Shown piece after piece: positions 21,436 through 31,671 of a DNA stretch of 64,000 nt. Origin of the DNA: an uncultured virus (IMG/VR IMGVR_UViG_2061766007_000136). Taxonomy: Duplodnaviria > Heunggongvirae > Uroviricota > Caudoviricetes. The notes beneath the pieces were generated by a model. It was not told the DNA's origin. It searched no databases and saw only the letters and a program-made list of their open reading frames with translations. The stretch is taken from the IMG/VR virus record IMGVR_UViG_2061766007_000136; one strand, 5' to 3'. Both the position numbers and the translations under genes were made by a program. The number at the start of each line of letters is the position of its first letter. Position 1 is the stretch's first letter.

Positions 21436-21816
21436 ATGATTGAAAACCAACATAGTTTTAAAGACATTTGGAAAGACAGAAAAAAACCAGAAAACCCGTG
21501 CAGAGTGTGCGGTGGGATTCCAGTTCTCGTCACTGGATATGACGAGATGGACAAATGGTGGTACATTAAGTGCAAATGCGGGATTTACATCAATATGGAC
21601 ATATATCCATATGGAACCGACCCATATGACGTGTGGGAAAGATTGAATGGCGATACGTTCACGCCGTCGATGGAACCGAAGTATATGGGTGAATCAGAAC
21701 GTTGTTGCACATGCCTGATGAAGAATCGGTGTACTGTAGCTAAGAACATGGATATTCACAAGCGGACGTTGTATAAATGCAATGAATATCAGGAAGAAAG
21801 TATTGAAAGCCGTTGA
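21436..21816 (+). CDS. Zn-finger protein resembling Lar (restriction alleviation) family, paralog 1
   Basis: PCRVCGG...WYIKCKCG...WE pattern plus C-terminal Cys cluster. Confidence 0.6.
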   Translation: MIENQHSFKDIWKDRKKPENPCRVCGGIPVLVTGYDEMDKWWYIKCKCGIYINMDIYPYGTDPYDVWERLNGDTFTPSMEPKYMGESERCCTCLMKNRCTVAKNMDIHKRTLYKCNEYQEESIESR

Positions 21817-21818
21817 CG

Positions 21819-22196
21819 ATGAGCGAGACAAGAGAGAGCTTTGACGACATCTGGAAGAAATTCAGCCTTCCAAGATGTCTATGCAAAATATGCAATGGAG
21901 TGCCTGAATTTGTCAGTCATCATTCCGATTATGACAGTTGGTTTTATCTGCAATGCTCCTGCGGTGTCAAAATACCGTTTCACGGAAGGACATATCATGA
22001 GGCATGCGAATTGTGGGAGAAAGTCAACAGTACGTCGTTCACACCGAAGAATGAGCTTCATTACATCGGAAAGCCAGATGCCTGCTATACATGCCTGATG
22101 AAAAGGGCATGCACGGTATGCGCTGGCATGACTGATTCGGAAAAGTTGGAACACCGTTGTCTGGATTATATTAAGGAACTTGAACAGGAGAATTGA
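21819..22196 (+). CDS. Zn-finger protein, Lar-like, paralog 2
   Basis: CKICNG...FYLQCSCG...WEK; full-length similarity to the previous gene. Confidence 0.6.
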   Translation: MSETRESFDDIWKKFSLPRCLCKICNGVPEFVSHHSDYDSWFYLQCSCGVKIPFHGRTYHEACELWEKVNSTSFTPKNELHYIGKPDACYTCLMKRACTVCAGMTDSEKLEHRCLDYIKELEQEN

Positions 22197-22198
22197 AA

Positions 22199-22612
22199 AT
22201 GGAAGAAAGATTTTATCCAGTAGAGGACTTTTGTAATGATAAAGTCCCTGTCGAAAAAGACGAGAAGCTCGTCGAGAGAATCAAGAATGTCGTGGACGGG
22301 AAAAGCAGTCAGTACAGCAAAATAAGCGTAATGGGCGTAGGTTATACGAAATCCAAGAAGGGCTTTGAAGCACGGCAAGTGTATCTGTCTGGCGGTCTGA
22401 ACGGCAATGGTCTCTGGTCTGACTATCTGAGGGACTTGGCTGAAATCGTCTGGGCGATTGAAACCGAATTCAAGGACGAAGTGGAGAACGTCGTGCTGGC
22501 GAACATGGAATTCGATTTGCTGGACGATATCTTCTACCCAGTCATCGACATCGTTTGGTCATACGACAAGGACGACGGAGAGGAAGAGAACGAAGAGAAA
22601 GATGAAAAGTGA
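22199..22612 (+). CDS. hypothetical acidic protein
   Basis: ORF with SD. Confidence 0.7.
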   Translation: MEERFYPVEDFCNDKVPVEKDEKLVERIKNVVDGKSSQYSKISVMGVGYTKSKKGFEARQVYLSGGLNGNGLWSDYLRDLAEIVWAIETEFKDEVENVVLANMEFDLLDDIFYPVIDIVWSYDKDDGEEENEEKDEK

Positions 22613-22651
22613 CAAGCATATCGGAAGGCATCGAAAAGGATTTGACAACAA

Positions 22652-23452
22652 ATGAAAACGCCATCTTTTATCAAGAGAATTTTCGGAAAGAAAGAAGAGG
22701 CTGAACCCAAGAAGGAGGATTTCCTCCAGAAGATTCACAGCATGGACGACACTGAGCTGACCACGACGAACACCTCGTTCCTCCTGAAGTACAAGGAGGA
22801 ATGGGGGTGCATAAAAGACCTGCACAATGCGGTGAACTACATCAACTCCGTCAAGTGGTTGCTTGACAGGAACTTCGCGTTCAGGACGTTCAGCAATTCG
22901 GTTGGTTCGAGGTACGAGACGCGCATCCACAGTTGTTGCGGGGGAATCGTGTCCGTCAAAACACCGTGGTCTGAAAAGCCCCTCGAATACTTCGTCGGGC
23001 TGGAGGTCAGCAGGAACGGGGACATCTACGAGAATATGGATGTCCTCTGGAGAGCGCACACCTGCATCTCCAGTATGTTCTTCAACGCGAACGGACGCGA
23101 AGACCTGAAGGACAGCCCGCTGTGCGACAGGAGGATAAGGAACATCTTCGCGAAGGACGGGAGGAACGAGCAGTACGATGACTACGGGTATATCGTGTCG
23201 GAGTTCCACCATACCCCGCAGGAGGCGATGCTGTTTGTCTTCAAGCAAGTCGATGAACTGCTTAAGAGAATCGAGAGCCTTTCGTCGTTCGAGGAGAAGT
23301 ACGAGAACGCGCTGAAAGAAAAGGAGAAGGCGTTGGACGACTTCGGATTCAGGCAGATGAAATATAAATCATACGAAGAAGAATATGGCAATTTTAACAA
23401 TAAATACGGATGGCGTGAAAAGGAAGTTGAAAATGGGCAAGTTCAAAACTGA
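22652..23452 (+). CDS. hypothetical protein
   Basis: 266 aa ORF. Confidence 0.75.
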   Translation: MKTPSFIKRIFGKKEEAEPKKEDFLQKIHSMDDTELTTTNTSFLLKYKEEWGCIKDLHNAVNYINSVKWLLDRNFAFRTFSNSVGSRYETRIHSCCGGIVSVKTPWSEKPLEYFVGLEVSRNGDIYENMDVLWRAHTCISSMFFNANGREDLKDSPLCDRRIRNIFAKDGRNEQYDDYGYIVSEFHHTPQEAMLFVFKQVDELLKRIESLSSFEEKYENALKEKEKALDDFGFRQMKYKSYEEEYGNFNNKYGWREKEVENGQVQN

Positions 23453-23939
23453 AATCCTGACCGAGCATGAGAATTCCGAAAGGTTCAGCCAAGAGGAGAT
23501 AGACAGCTACAAGTCGTTCATGTCGAACATCAAGTACCTGACCGAGCGCGGATGGAAACACAAGTCGAGACAGACGATTGCGTTCAAGCAGAACAACCCT
23601 TGGATGCCAGAGGACATCGACTACAACATCCATGTCGATTTGAACTTGGACATGTTGTTCGACGAGGATAAGAACTGGTGCATGGAGCCAAAGTGGAGGA
23701 CATGGGTTGACTTGGGCGACCTGCTCGTGACCGAAAGCATAAGGGAGTCCGTTGGCTACAAGGAGTCCGAAAAGGGCAGATGGATTGTCGAAAGCAGGGA
23801 TGAAGACTTGCCGATGGTCGTTTACAACATGCATGAGAAGGTGATGTGTTTCATGACCAGCGGGACTCTTGAGAAGCTCGTCAACCTCCAGCGGGAAAGG
23901 AAGCGGATTGACGATGAATTCGATAAGATAATCGGATAA
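23433..23939 (+). CDS. hypothetical protein, tandem duplicate copy 1
   Basis: Near-identical to 24028-24520. Confidence 0.8.
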   Translation: MGKFKTEILTEHENSERFSQEEIDSYKSFMSNIKYLTERGWKHKSRQTIAFKQNNPWMPEDIDYNIHVDLNLDMLFDEDKNWCMEPKWRTWVDLGDLLVTESIRESVGYKESEKGRWIVESRDEDLPMVVYNMHEKVMCFMTSGTLEKLVNLQRERKRIDDEFDKIIG

Positions 23940-23955
23940 AAACACATTCGTCCAC

Positions 23956-23983
23956 TTGCAATTTCCAAAATAAGGCGTATATT
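23956..23983 (+). promoter_or_regulatory. Recurrent promoter TTGCAA-N16-TATATT
   Basis: Matches consensus; duplicated at 24537. Confidence 0.65.
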
Positions 23984-24027
23984 ATTGTAAAGGCAATATG
24001 TACGCCTTTGTTTTTTGNNNNNNNNNN

Positions 24028-24520
24028 CATTGAAATCCTGACTGAGCATGAGAATTTCGGAAGGTTCAGCCAAGAGGAGATGGACAGCTACAAGTCGTTC
24101 ATGTCGAACATCAAGTATCTGATTGAACATGGATGGAAGCATAAGTCAAAGCAGACAATTGCATTCAAGCAACACAATCCTTGGATGCCAGAGGACATTG
24201 ACTACAACATCCATATTGATTTAGAAACCAACATGTCGTTCGATGAGGATAAGAACTGGTTCATGGAGCCGAAGTGGAGGACGTGGGTTGACTTGGGCGA
24301 CTTGCTCGTGACCGAAAGTATGAGGGAGTCTGTCGGTTACAAGGAGTCCGAGAAGGACAGATGGATTGTCGAAAGCATGGATGAAGACTTGCCAATGGTC
24401 GTTTACAACCTTCATGAGAAGGTAATGTGTTTCATGACCAGCGGGACTCTTGAGAAACTTGTCAACCTCCAGCGTGAAAGAAAACAGATTGACGACCAAC
24501 TCAATAAAATAATTGGATAA
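24028..24520 (+). CDS. hypothetical protein, tandem duplicate copy 2 (start lies in N-gap)
   Basis: EILTEHEN...KIIG closely matches copy 1. Confidence 0.75.
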
Positions 24521-24536
24521 AAAAGCATCCGTTCAT

Positions 24537-24564
24537 TTGCATTTTTCTTAACAAGGCGTATATT
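24537..24564 (+). promoter_or_regulatory. Recurrent promoter TTGCAT-N16-TATATT
   Basis: Matches consensus. Confidence 0.65.
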
Positions 24565-24635
24565 ATTGTAAAAGACGATATACGTCTTGTTTGTTTTTCA
24601 ATGGCATATTATAATCATCAAAGGAGTAAAACAAC

Positions 24636-25232
24636 ATGAATGACACAAAACAAACGTTCTCGGAGAAGGCAATTGTAGCTTACGGCTATGCGACGACCAT
24701 ATTTTTCATCTATATGCTAGTGACAAGAATCTGCGTACCATACATGCAGTTGTTGCTTTCGTCGTTCATGGTTTCCATTACTCCAGTGTTCTCATGGAAT
24801 CATGCATTGTGGTTCGCATTAAGCGTCGTTTTGCTTTGGTTCGGAGTGTTTCTTGATGATGAAAAGTACCTCAATGAATACTGCTTCATCTGGATGGACA
24901 ATAACATGAATATTCTCACTCGGAACAAATGGGGGGAGAAAACGCATTCTGGCAAAGCATATGATTTCCTGTGCAGGGCTTGTTTTTTCATGTGGTCTTC
25001 AATCCTTATGGTTTTTGTGTTCGCATTCATCGGATATTGGATATACTGCGCGACAGTTGCATTTATTGCTCCTTTCCTGAACTTGATTGTCGCATCGGCA
25101 TTCAAGGATTGCGAAGGAGTCCGTCCGTTTTCATTTGTGTTCAGACAGTTTGAAATGATAATGTTCCTTGGCTTTTGCCTGATTGCATCGTATTTCAAGA
25201 ACAGTATGAATAACAGCAGTCAAAAAAAATAA
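24636..25232 (+). CDS. multi-pass membrane protein
   Basis: 4-5 hydrophobic segments; AAGGAG SD. Confidence 0.8.
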   Translation: MNDTKQTFSEKAIVAYGYATTIFFIYMLVTRICVPYMQLLLSSFMVSITPVFSWNHALWFALSVVLLWFGVFLDDEKYLNEYCFIWMDNNMNILTRNKWGEKTHSGKAYDFLCRACFFMWSSILMVFVFAFIGYWIYCATVAFIAPFLNLIVASAFKDCEGVRPFSFVFRQFEMIMFLGFCLIASYFKNSMNNSSQKK

Positions 25233-25242
25233 TACCGTTGAT

Positions 25243-25270
25243 TTGCATTCTTGAAAATCGGATGTATATT
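25243..25270 (+). promoter_or_regulatory. Recurrent promoter TTGCAT-N16-TATATT
   Basis: Matches consensus. Confidence 0.7.
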
Positions 25271-25289
25271 AATGGCATAGGAGGTTATC

Positions 25290-25532
25290 ATGGAACATGA
25301 AATGCAATTGCCAAAGACATTCGTGAAAGAAGATTACGCCTTGTTTATAAGCAAGGAGAAGCATCTTCTCATCGAATACTCGTTCGAGAAACACAAGTAC
25401 ATTCTTTTCAAGAACTACGAGACGCGACAAGACGAGCCGTGGAATGACACTCCCATTTGGGAGAAGCTCGTGAAGGTGAAAGAATACGACAATATGGACG
25501 ACATCATCAAGGAACTAGACAACAAGGAGTAG
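25290..25532 (+). CDS. hypothetical protein
   Basis: AGGAGG SD. Confidence 0.75.
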   Translation: MEHEMQLPKTFVKEDYALFISKEKHLLIEYSFEKHKYILFKNYETRQDEPWNDTPIWEKLVKVKEYDNMDDIIKELDNKE

Positions 25533-25536
25533 AATC

Positions 25537-25857
25537 ATGATTTTCAAAGTAGCGACCATGTTCTCCGAAACGCCAGGTCCCCGTCTTCGCAAGGATGGGA
25601 AGAAGTCGGGCGAAGAACTGCGTGACGACTACCTTATCCCGTGGCTTGAGAGGAACCCGAACGAGATGCTGTTCGTTGATTTCGACGGAATCGACGGCAT
25701 CGCGAACTCGACGTTGCATGAGATTTTCAGCGGAATCGTCCGCAAGCTTGGAAAGGATGTCATTGCTCGCATCCGAATCATTTCCGACGAGGAACCCGAA
25801 CTTGTGGACGATGCGCAACAGTATATAGCAGAGGAAGCGGAGAGGATTGGAAAATGA
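25537..25857 (+). CDS. STAS-like domain protein (DUF4325-type)
   Basis: FSETPGPR..DG..SGEELR..L, VDFDG, EIFSG. Confidence 0.8.
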   Translation: MIFKVATMFSETPGPRLRKDGKKSGEELRDDYLIPWLERNPNEMLFVDFDGIDGIANSTLHEIFSGIVRKLGKDVIARIRIISDEEPELVDDAQQYIAEEAERIGK

Positions 25858-26243
25858 GATTCGATGAAGTCAAGACGCAGGAACAACTGGATGAATTCAA
25901 GAAAACCAATGAATTCTGCTCCGTTGTGCTGATGTATAAGACAGACGAAAACAATAATTGCTTGGAAGAGTGGTGGGAGATTGACAGGGTGAAGGCAGAA
26001 TGCGTCCCAGAACTCGGTGAGGAATACGACATCGAGGAATATGACGACGGAGAAGGCAACTATGCCGAATCCCAAGAAGCCTACCTGTTTAACAATGTTC
26101 AGGAAGCGCATGATTTCTACTGCGACAAGGAAATCGAGCAACGTGAGGAGAAAATAGCGGTGCTTAAAGAAGAGCAAAAACTCTTTGAAAACAGAAGGAA
26201 AAAAACGGATATAGTAAATATTCTCCGCTCTCAAAAACTCTGA
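25854..26243 (+). CDS. hypothetical acidic protein
   Basis: ATGA-coupled ORF. Confidence 0.7.
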   Translation: MRFDEVKTQEQLDEFKKTNEFCSVVLMYKTDENNNCLEEWWEIDRVKAECVPELGEEYDIEEYDDGEGNYAESQEAYLFNNVQEAHDFYCDKEIEQREEKIAVLKEEQKLFENRRKKTDIVNILRSQKL

Positions 26244-26266
26244 CGAAGAAAATTTCTCCTTGCCAC

Positions 26267-26294
26267 TTGCTATTCTGGAAATCAGGTGTATATT
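26267..26294 (+). promoter_or_regulatory. Recurrent promoter TTGCTA-N16-TATATT
   Basis: Matches consensus. Confidence 0.6.
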
Positions 26295-26339
26295 AAGGGT
26301 CGTAAAAGAATTTTTACCATGATGACATGAGGGAATGAC

Positions 26340-26945
26340 ATGAAGACGACTGGAGGCAGACTTACGTTCAACGTCGCGAAGGAATTCACCGACGCGCCTG
26401 GTGGTGTGTATCGCAAGGACGGCGACAAGTCGGGCGAGGAACTCCGTGAGGACTATCTTGTTCCGTTGCTCGAAGCTCATCCGAACGAGACGCTCATAAT
26501 CGAGTTTGACGGCATCATCGGCATGGGTCATGCCACTGTCCGAGAAGCGTTTGGAGGTCTGGTCAGGCGTTTCGGCAAGAGCGTCATCGACCGAATCGAA
26601 TTCGCTCCGACGAAGCACGGGCATATCGTGGAACTAGCAAGGGAATACATGGAAGAGGCAAGAGAAGCCTTGGAAAAGGGAACAGACATGAAAAAGAATA
26701 TCAAATGGATTTGTGCAATCGCAATCGCGTTGGCTCTTTTGCTCTGCACAGGGTTTGTACGTCATATGCCGTCAACAGGAGACGATGCAGTGTCGATTGA
26801 AGTCGTCACAGCGGGAGACGGTCATGAATACGTGGTCGCATCCGTTGACAACCGTTCGCTCATCAACCAATCTGGTGGATGCGGTGTGTCTATCACACAT
26901 GCTGTCGGGTGCAAAGCTTGTAAGAATAAAAGGGAGCAGAAATGA
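26340..26945 (+). CDS. STAS-like (DUF4325-type) domain fused to a signal-peptide-bearing small domain
   Basis: Paralog of 25537 (SGEELREDYL, IEFDG, EAFGGL); internal MKKNIKWICAIAIALALLLC from 26688. Confidence 0.75.
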   Translation: MKTTGGRLTFNVAKEFTDAPGGVYRKDGDKSGEELREDYLVPLLEAHPNETLIIEFDGIIGMGHATVREAFGGLVRRFGKSVIDRIEFAPTKHGHIVELAREYMEEAREALEKGTDMKKNIKWICAIAIALALLLCTGFVRHMPSTGDDAVSIEVVTAGDGHEYVVASVDNRSLINQSGGCGVSITHAVGCKACKNKREQK

Positions 26946-27325
26946 AAACTTTCAAGGACTATCAAGACAAGCCGTTGAAGCTCGGAGATAAGGTGGCGTT
27001 CACGCATTGGGAATGGAAGAAGAATGAAATCGGAATTCCAGAGGAGAGAAGTTGGACAAATCTCGGAACCGTCGTGTCCATGAACGACCAGACTGTTACC
27101 ATCAGCGAGGAACGCGAGCGCATCGTAAAGAAGCCTGTCATCCATGTCGTCCACGACAATGCCTACGACAACATAGAAAATGGCGACAGGGTACACGGCA
27201 ACAAATTTTACGAGACGCTCGAATCCTACGTGGAGACTGGTCTGAGCCACATTCCAGTTTCGTGGAAGGATGTCGATACGTACATGTCCGACGGACGGCT
27301 CGTCGTTCTGTCTCGTCTGCAATAA
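26942..27325 (+). CDS. hypothetical protein (KOW/SH3-like start)
   Basis: DKPLKLGDKVAF. Confidence 0.7.
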   Translation: MKTFKDYQDKPLKLGDKVAFTHWEWKKNEIGIPEERSWTNLGTVVSMNDQTVTISEERERIVKKPVIHVVHDNAYDNIENGDRVHGNKFYETLESYVETGLSHIPVSWKDVDTYMSDGRLVVLSRLQ

Positions 27326-27336
27326 GGAGAAGTAGA

Positions 27337-27600
27337 ATGGCTAAATCATCAATCATAGATAAATACAGAAAAAACAGTCTGTTGTTTGTGGGGGATAAAG
27401 TTGTTTTCTATGAAAACGACATCGCGAAAACTATCAGGCTGGCGACGGTCAGTTCCATGCACATCGACTTGGACGGAAGAATATGGTTTTATCTTGAATG
27501 GTTTGGAAACGGAACGATAGGAACAGTTGTTGAACACAAGCATTTGTTATATGATGAAATCAAGAGCATGATGGACAATGGAACCTTGCAGAAACTATGA
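27337..27600 (+). CDS. hypothetical protein (KOW/SH3-like start)
   Basis: AAGGAG SD; LFVGDKVVF resembles the preceding gene. Confidence 0.7.
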   Translation: MAKSSIIDKYRKNSLLFVGDKVVFYENDIAKTIRLATVSSMHIDLDGRIWFYLEWFGNGTIGTVVEHKHLLYDEIKSMMDNGTLQKL

Positions 27601-28240
27601 TTGTACCCAGATGTTCGTACTTATCGCGGATGTAAAGCATTCACGGGAATACGATGTCAAAACGAGGGCGTATGTCCAGTCCGTCCTCATGGACGGAATC
27701 GACTTTATCAACAAATGCTGGAGTTGTGACTATACTTCTCTTCTTCCCGACAAGTTATGGGCGCAGGGCATCAACCTTGGTTTTTCAGGCGGTGATTCCG
27801 TCATGTGCATCGAGTACGACATCGAAAGCATTTGCGAACGAATCAAGCTTTTGAAACTGATAATGAATTCCATTCCTATGCGTTTTGCTGTTGGAGCTGG
27901 TGAATGGACGTTGAGGTATCTTGACAAGGATATCAATTATCAGGACGGAAGCGCATTCTGGATGGCGCGTGAAATGATGAACTACTGCAAAGACCATAAT
28001 CGTGAGCTGTGCTTTTCGCCTTGTAACCACAGTAATTTGGAACAAGATACGGCTCATAAACTAGACTTAATTGACAAGTTGCATTCCACCAAGGAACTCG
28101 TTGACATGGCGGGATTCGTTCTCAGTGAAGAAGCATACAAGAAAGTGTGGGCAAACTGGAATGCATTCATAAAAATACTTACTTATCATGAAGGAATTGA
28201 AAATGTCTCTAGATACAATGAAAACAACTCTTGGCGATAG
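27578..28240 (+). CDS. SatD-like protein
   Basis: LIADVKHSR, GGDSV, RFAVGAG, DGSAFWMAR. Confidence 0.7.
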   Translation: MEPCRNYDCTQMFVLIADVKHSREYDVKTRAYVQSVLMDGIDFINKCWSCDYTSLLPDKLWAQGINLGFSGGDSVMCIEYDIESICERIKLLKLIMNSIPMRFAVGAGEWTLRYLDKDINYQDGSAFWMAREMMNYCKDHNRELCFSPCNHSNLEQDTAHKLDLIDKLHSTKELVDMAGFVLSEEAYKKVWANWNAFIKILTYHEGIENVSRYNENNSWR

Positions 28241-28985
28241 GATGAAACAGTACGAGGCTGAGTCGGAGAAGTACGGTTGCAAGGATATGAAGGCACCCGT
28301 GGTCATCCGTCTAGACGGAAGTTCGTTCCACACGTGGGTGAAGAAGGCTGGATGCGTCAAGCCGTTCGACAATCGGATGATTGACTGCATGAAGCTCACT
28401 GCGCTCGACCTGTGCAATGGCATTTCATCCTGCGTGATGGGGTTCGTCCAGTCGGACGAGATTTCCCTTGTCCTCCGCAACGACAAGTCGAGTGATTCTG
28501 AACCGTGGTTCGGCAACAGGATGCAGAAGCTCTGCTCCACGTCTGCTTCCATGTGGGGATGCCACTTCAACAGCCACACAAGGGAGATTTTCGGTGAGGA
28601 CGTGCCTTTCGCATACTGCGATTCCCGCGTCATCTACCTGCCCAACAGGGACGAAGTTTACAACTGCTTGCTGTGGAGGCAGAGGGACTGCATCAGGAAC
28701 TCGATTTCTGGTCAGGCTCAGGCTTACTTCTCCGCGAAGGAATTGAACAAGAAGAACAGCGACGTGATGCTGGCGATGCTCCGCGAGTCTGGTCAGGATT
28801 GGGAACTCCTTCCGACGTGCAAGAAGTATGGCTCGCTCATCCACAAGAAAACGACTGTCGGTGATTACAACGGGACTCCTTTCACAAGGGGGACGTTCTT
28901 CATCGACGATGAATTCGGGAAATTGACCCGCGAGATATTCGACGGGGCATATGATTTTGTAAAAGAGGAATTGAAGAAAATTTAA
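28203..28985 (+). CDS. thg1: tRNA-His guanylyltransferase (Thg1-like 3'-5' polymerase)
   Basis: RMKQYE, VIRLDGSSFH, QSDEISL, WFGNRMQK, DSR, WRQRDCIRNSI. Confidence 0.93.
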   Translation: MSLDTMKTTLGDRMKQYEAESEKYGCKDMKAPVVIRLDGSSFHTWVKKAGCVKPFDNRMIDCMKLTALDLCNGISSCVMGFVQSDEISLVLRNDKSSDSEPWFGNRMQKLCSTSASMWGCHFNSHTREIFGEDVPFAYCDSRVIYLPNRDEVYNCLLWRQRDCIRNSISGQAQAYFSAKELNKKNSDVMLAMLRESGQDWELLPTCKKYGSLIHKKTTVGDYNGTPFTRGTFFIDDEFGKLTREIFDGAYDFVKEELKKI

Positions 28986-28988
28986 GAC

Positions 28989-29025
28989 GATAATTCCTGT
29001 TGATTTTGAATCAACAGGAATTATC
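28989..29025. repeat. Perfect 17-bp inverted repeat (terminator-like hairpin)
   Basis: GATAATTCCTGTTGATT-TTG-AATCAACAGGAATTATC. Confidence 0.8.
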
Positions 29026-29082
29026 AGATTTTGTTTATATTTCCATATTATTAATTGTTAATATAATTATGGAGGAAACAAA

Positions 29083-30927
29083 ATGGAAGAAAATATTAAA
29101 AAACAAGTAATAGATTTCATGGATGGAAGAAAGCTTTCTGGAGGAATTATAACTCAATTGAAAAAAAGAAAGTATGAATTATTTAAAATAATAGAAAAAG
29201 AATCTAAAGAAAAAGGCTATAAAAGAATTACATATTTTCTTGATGAAGAATTAAATCACCCAGAACATAAAAAATGTAAAATTTGTGGAAAAGAATTATC
29301 ATACGAACAATCTTTTGTTCGTAAAATTGTCTATTGTTCTAATCGTTGTGCCACACAAGATAAAGAATTGATTGCAATACGTTCAAATGTTTTTAAGAAA
29401 AAATATGGAAAAGATAATGCTGAAGGTCATTCATTAATAATGAAGAAAAAAGAAGAAACTTCAATGAAACATTATGGAACAAAGCATCCAAATCAAAATA
29501 AAGAACAATTGGCATTAATACAGCAAACATTAATGAATAAGTATGGAGTAACTAATGCTAGTCAGATTGATGGTGTTCAAGAAAAAGTAGAACAAACAAA
29601 TTTAAAAAGATTTGGAGTTAAGAGACCACAAATTTTACAATCATTAAAAGATAAAACAAAAGAAACAAATATAGAAAGATATGGTGGTATTGCTCCTGCT
29701 TGTAACGAAAATATTAAATTAAAAATGCAACAAACTTGTTTAGATAGATATGGAGTTAAAAATGCATTTCAAAGTGAAGAAAAAAAGAAAAAAATACGTG
29801 AAACAAATAAATTAAAATATGGAGCAGAGCATTTTCAACAATCAGAAATATTTTTGAGACCAATTTTTGAAAAAAGAATTGAAAAGTTATCAAAATATAT
29901 GATTCCTTTATTTACATTTGAAGAATATATGCAATTTGGAAGCGGACATTCTTATAAATGGAAATGCTTAAAATGTGGAAAAGAATTTGAACAATGTTAT
30001 TATGGAAATTCGGAAAAAGTTGGTTCAATTATAATTCCTCGTTGTTGCTATTGTCATCCAATACAAGAATTCCGTTCCGATGGAGAAAAAGAATTATTTT
30101 CTTATGTGACTACAATTTATACTGGAACAATTATTGAAAACGATACAACAATTTTAAATGGATATGAATTAGATATTTATATCCCAGATAAAAAAGTAGC
30201 AATAGAATTTAATGGATTATATTGGCATTCAGAAGAACAAGGAAAAGATAGAAATTATCATTTGTGGAAAACAAAAAAATGTTTTGAAAAAGGAATTCAT
30301 TTAATTCATGTCTTTGAAGATGAGTGGCAATATAATAAAAAATATGTATGTAATAAAATACAGCAATTATTGTGTGAAAATAATTTAAGTATTGAAACAT
30401 ATCAAATAAAGAAACTTTCTACTCAAGAAGGAAATGAATTTTTATCAAAATATACTTTAAGCAAAAATACTTATTCATTAATATACTATGGATTTTTTGT
30501 TAATACACAATTAATTGCAGTTATTTCTTTTAATCATACAAAATATAATAAAAAATTTCAATGGCAATTATCAAAATATGCAATAATTGCAGGATATTCA
30601 TCTGAGCTTGTATTTAAATTACTTTTTAATACTTTTCTTTGTGATGAAAATCCACTTTCAATTATTGCTTACATTAATAATAGATATGATGATGGATGTG
30701 AATTAAAGGTATGTGATTTTAAAAAGGTTAATGATACAAAACCAAATTATTTTTTATTTAAAGGAACAAAAAAGCTTTCTAGATATGATTGTAATCAGAA
30801 AAAATTAATAAAACAATTACTTGGTAATAAATATGATTCTAATTTTAATGGAGAAGATAATCTTTCCTTAAACGGATGGATGAAAATTTATGATTGTGGT
30901 TCATCAGTATTTATATGGAGAAAGTAA
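29083..30927 (+). mobile_element. Free-standing homing-endonuclease-like gene (KYG repeats + PD-(D/E)XK domain)
   Basis: Very AT-rich; repeated T..K/RYGV units, Zn ribbons, ELDIYIPDKKVAIEFNGLYWH, C-terminal IYDCG. Confidence 0.85.
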
Positions 30928-30929
30928 AA

Positions 30930-31568
30930 ATGATATCTCAACCAATTCCAGACTGTTTTAAAAAATGCAGATTAATTGCTATTGATTGTGAAACGACAGG
31001 CCTAAATATTAAGTACAACACGATTATAGAAATCGGTTGTGTCGAATATAACAACGGAGAACTGAAGGAATTTCCAGACAAGAAAAGCGGTGAAGTCAAA
31101 TACGGTTTCACCAAGATGTTCGGTGGCGGTCATTCGTCTATGTACCTCGTGCGCAAGATTCATAAGATAAAGGATAATGAAAGGCATAATCTCAAGACGT
31201 TCAAGCAACTTGCACAGGGTATTTCAGAATATCTGAGCAATTCCATCATTGTCACGCACAACGGGAATTCCTTCGACCTCCCGATGATTCAGCAGAAGCT
31301 GACGGAGGCGGGGTTTCCGTTGCAGAATTACAAGTCCATCGACACGCTCCAACTCGTCCGCAAAATGCGGAAGAAGGAGGGTGTCGAGGACGACGATGAA
31401 AAAAGGGTCGGCGGTCGCAACACGCTCGGCAATCTCTGCAAGGAATTCGGGTTGACCTACGGCGGTGAAAGTGGTGACAAGGCTCACCGTGGATTCGAAG
31501 ATGCCCAAGCCTGTCTTGAACTCCTGTTCTACCTTGTCAATAATGGAAAAGTTGAAGTGTCATTGTAA
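30930..31568 (+). CDS. DnaQ/DEDDh 3'-5' exonuclease
   Basis: IDCETTG, HNGNSFD, DTL, AHRGFED. Confidence 0.92.
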   Translation: MISQPIPDCFKKCRLIAIDCETTGLNIKYNTIIEIGCVEYNNGELKEFPDKKSGEVKYGFTKMFGGGHSSMYLVRKIHKIKDNERHNLKTFKQLAQGISEYLSNSIIVTHNGNSFDLPMIQQKLTEAGFPLQNYKSIDTLQLVRKMRKKEGVEDDDEKRVGGRNTLGNLCKEFGLTYGGESGDKAHRGFEDAQACLELLFYLVNNGKVEVSL

Positions 31569-31598
31569 AATAAACTTAAAAATAGTTTTACTTTCGAC

Positions 31599-31626
31599 TT
31601 GAAAAACCAGGAAAACGTGTCATATT
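31599..31626 (+). promoter_or_regulatory. Recurrent promoter TTGAAA-N16-CATATT
   Basis: Matches consensus. Confidence 0.55.
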
Positions 31627-31671
31627 AATAGCAGTTGATTCAAAAATCACGGAAACAGGAGAACAAAACAT

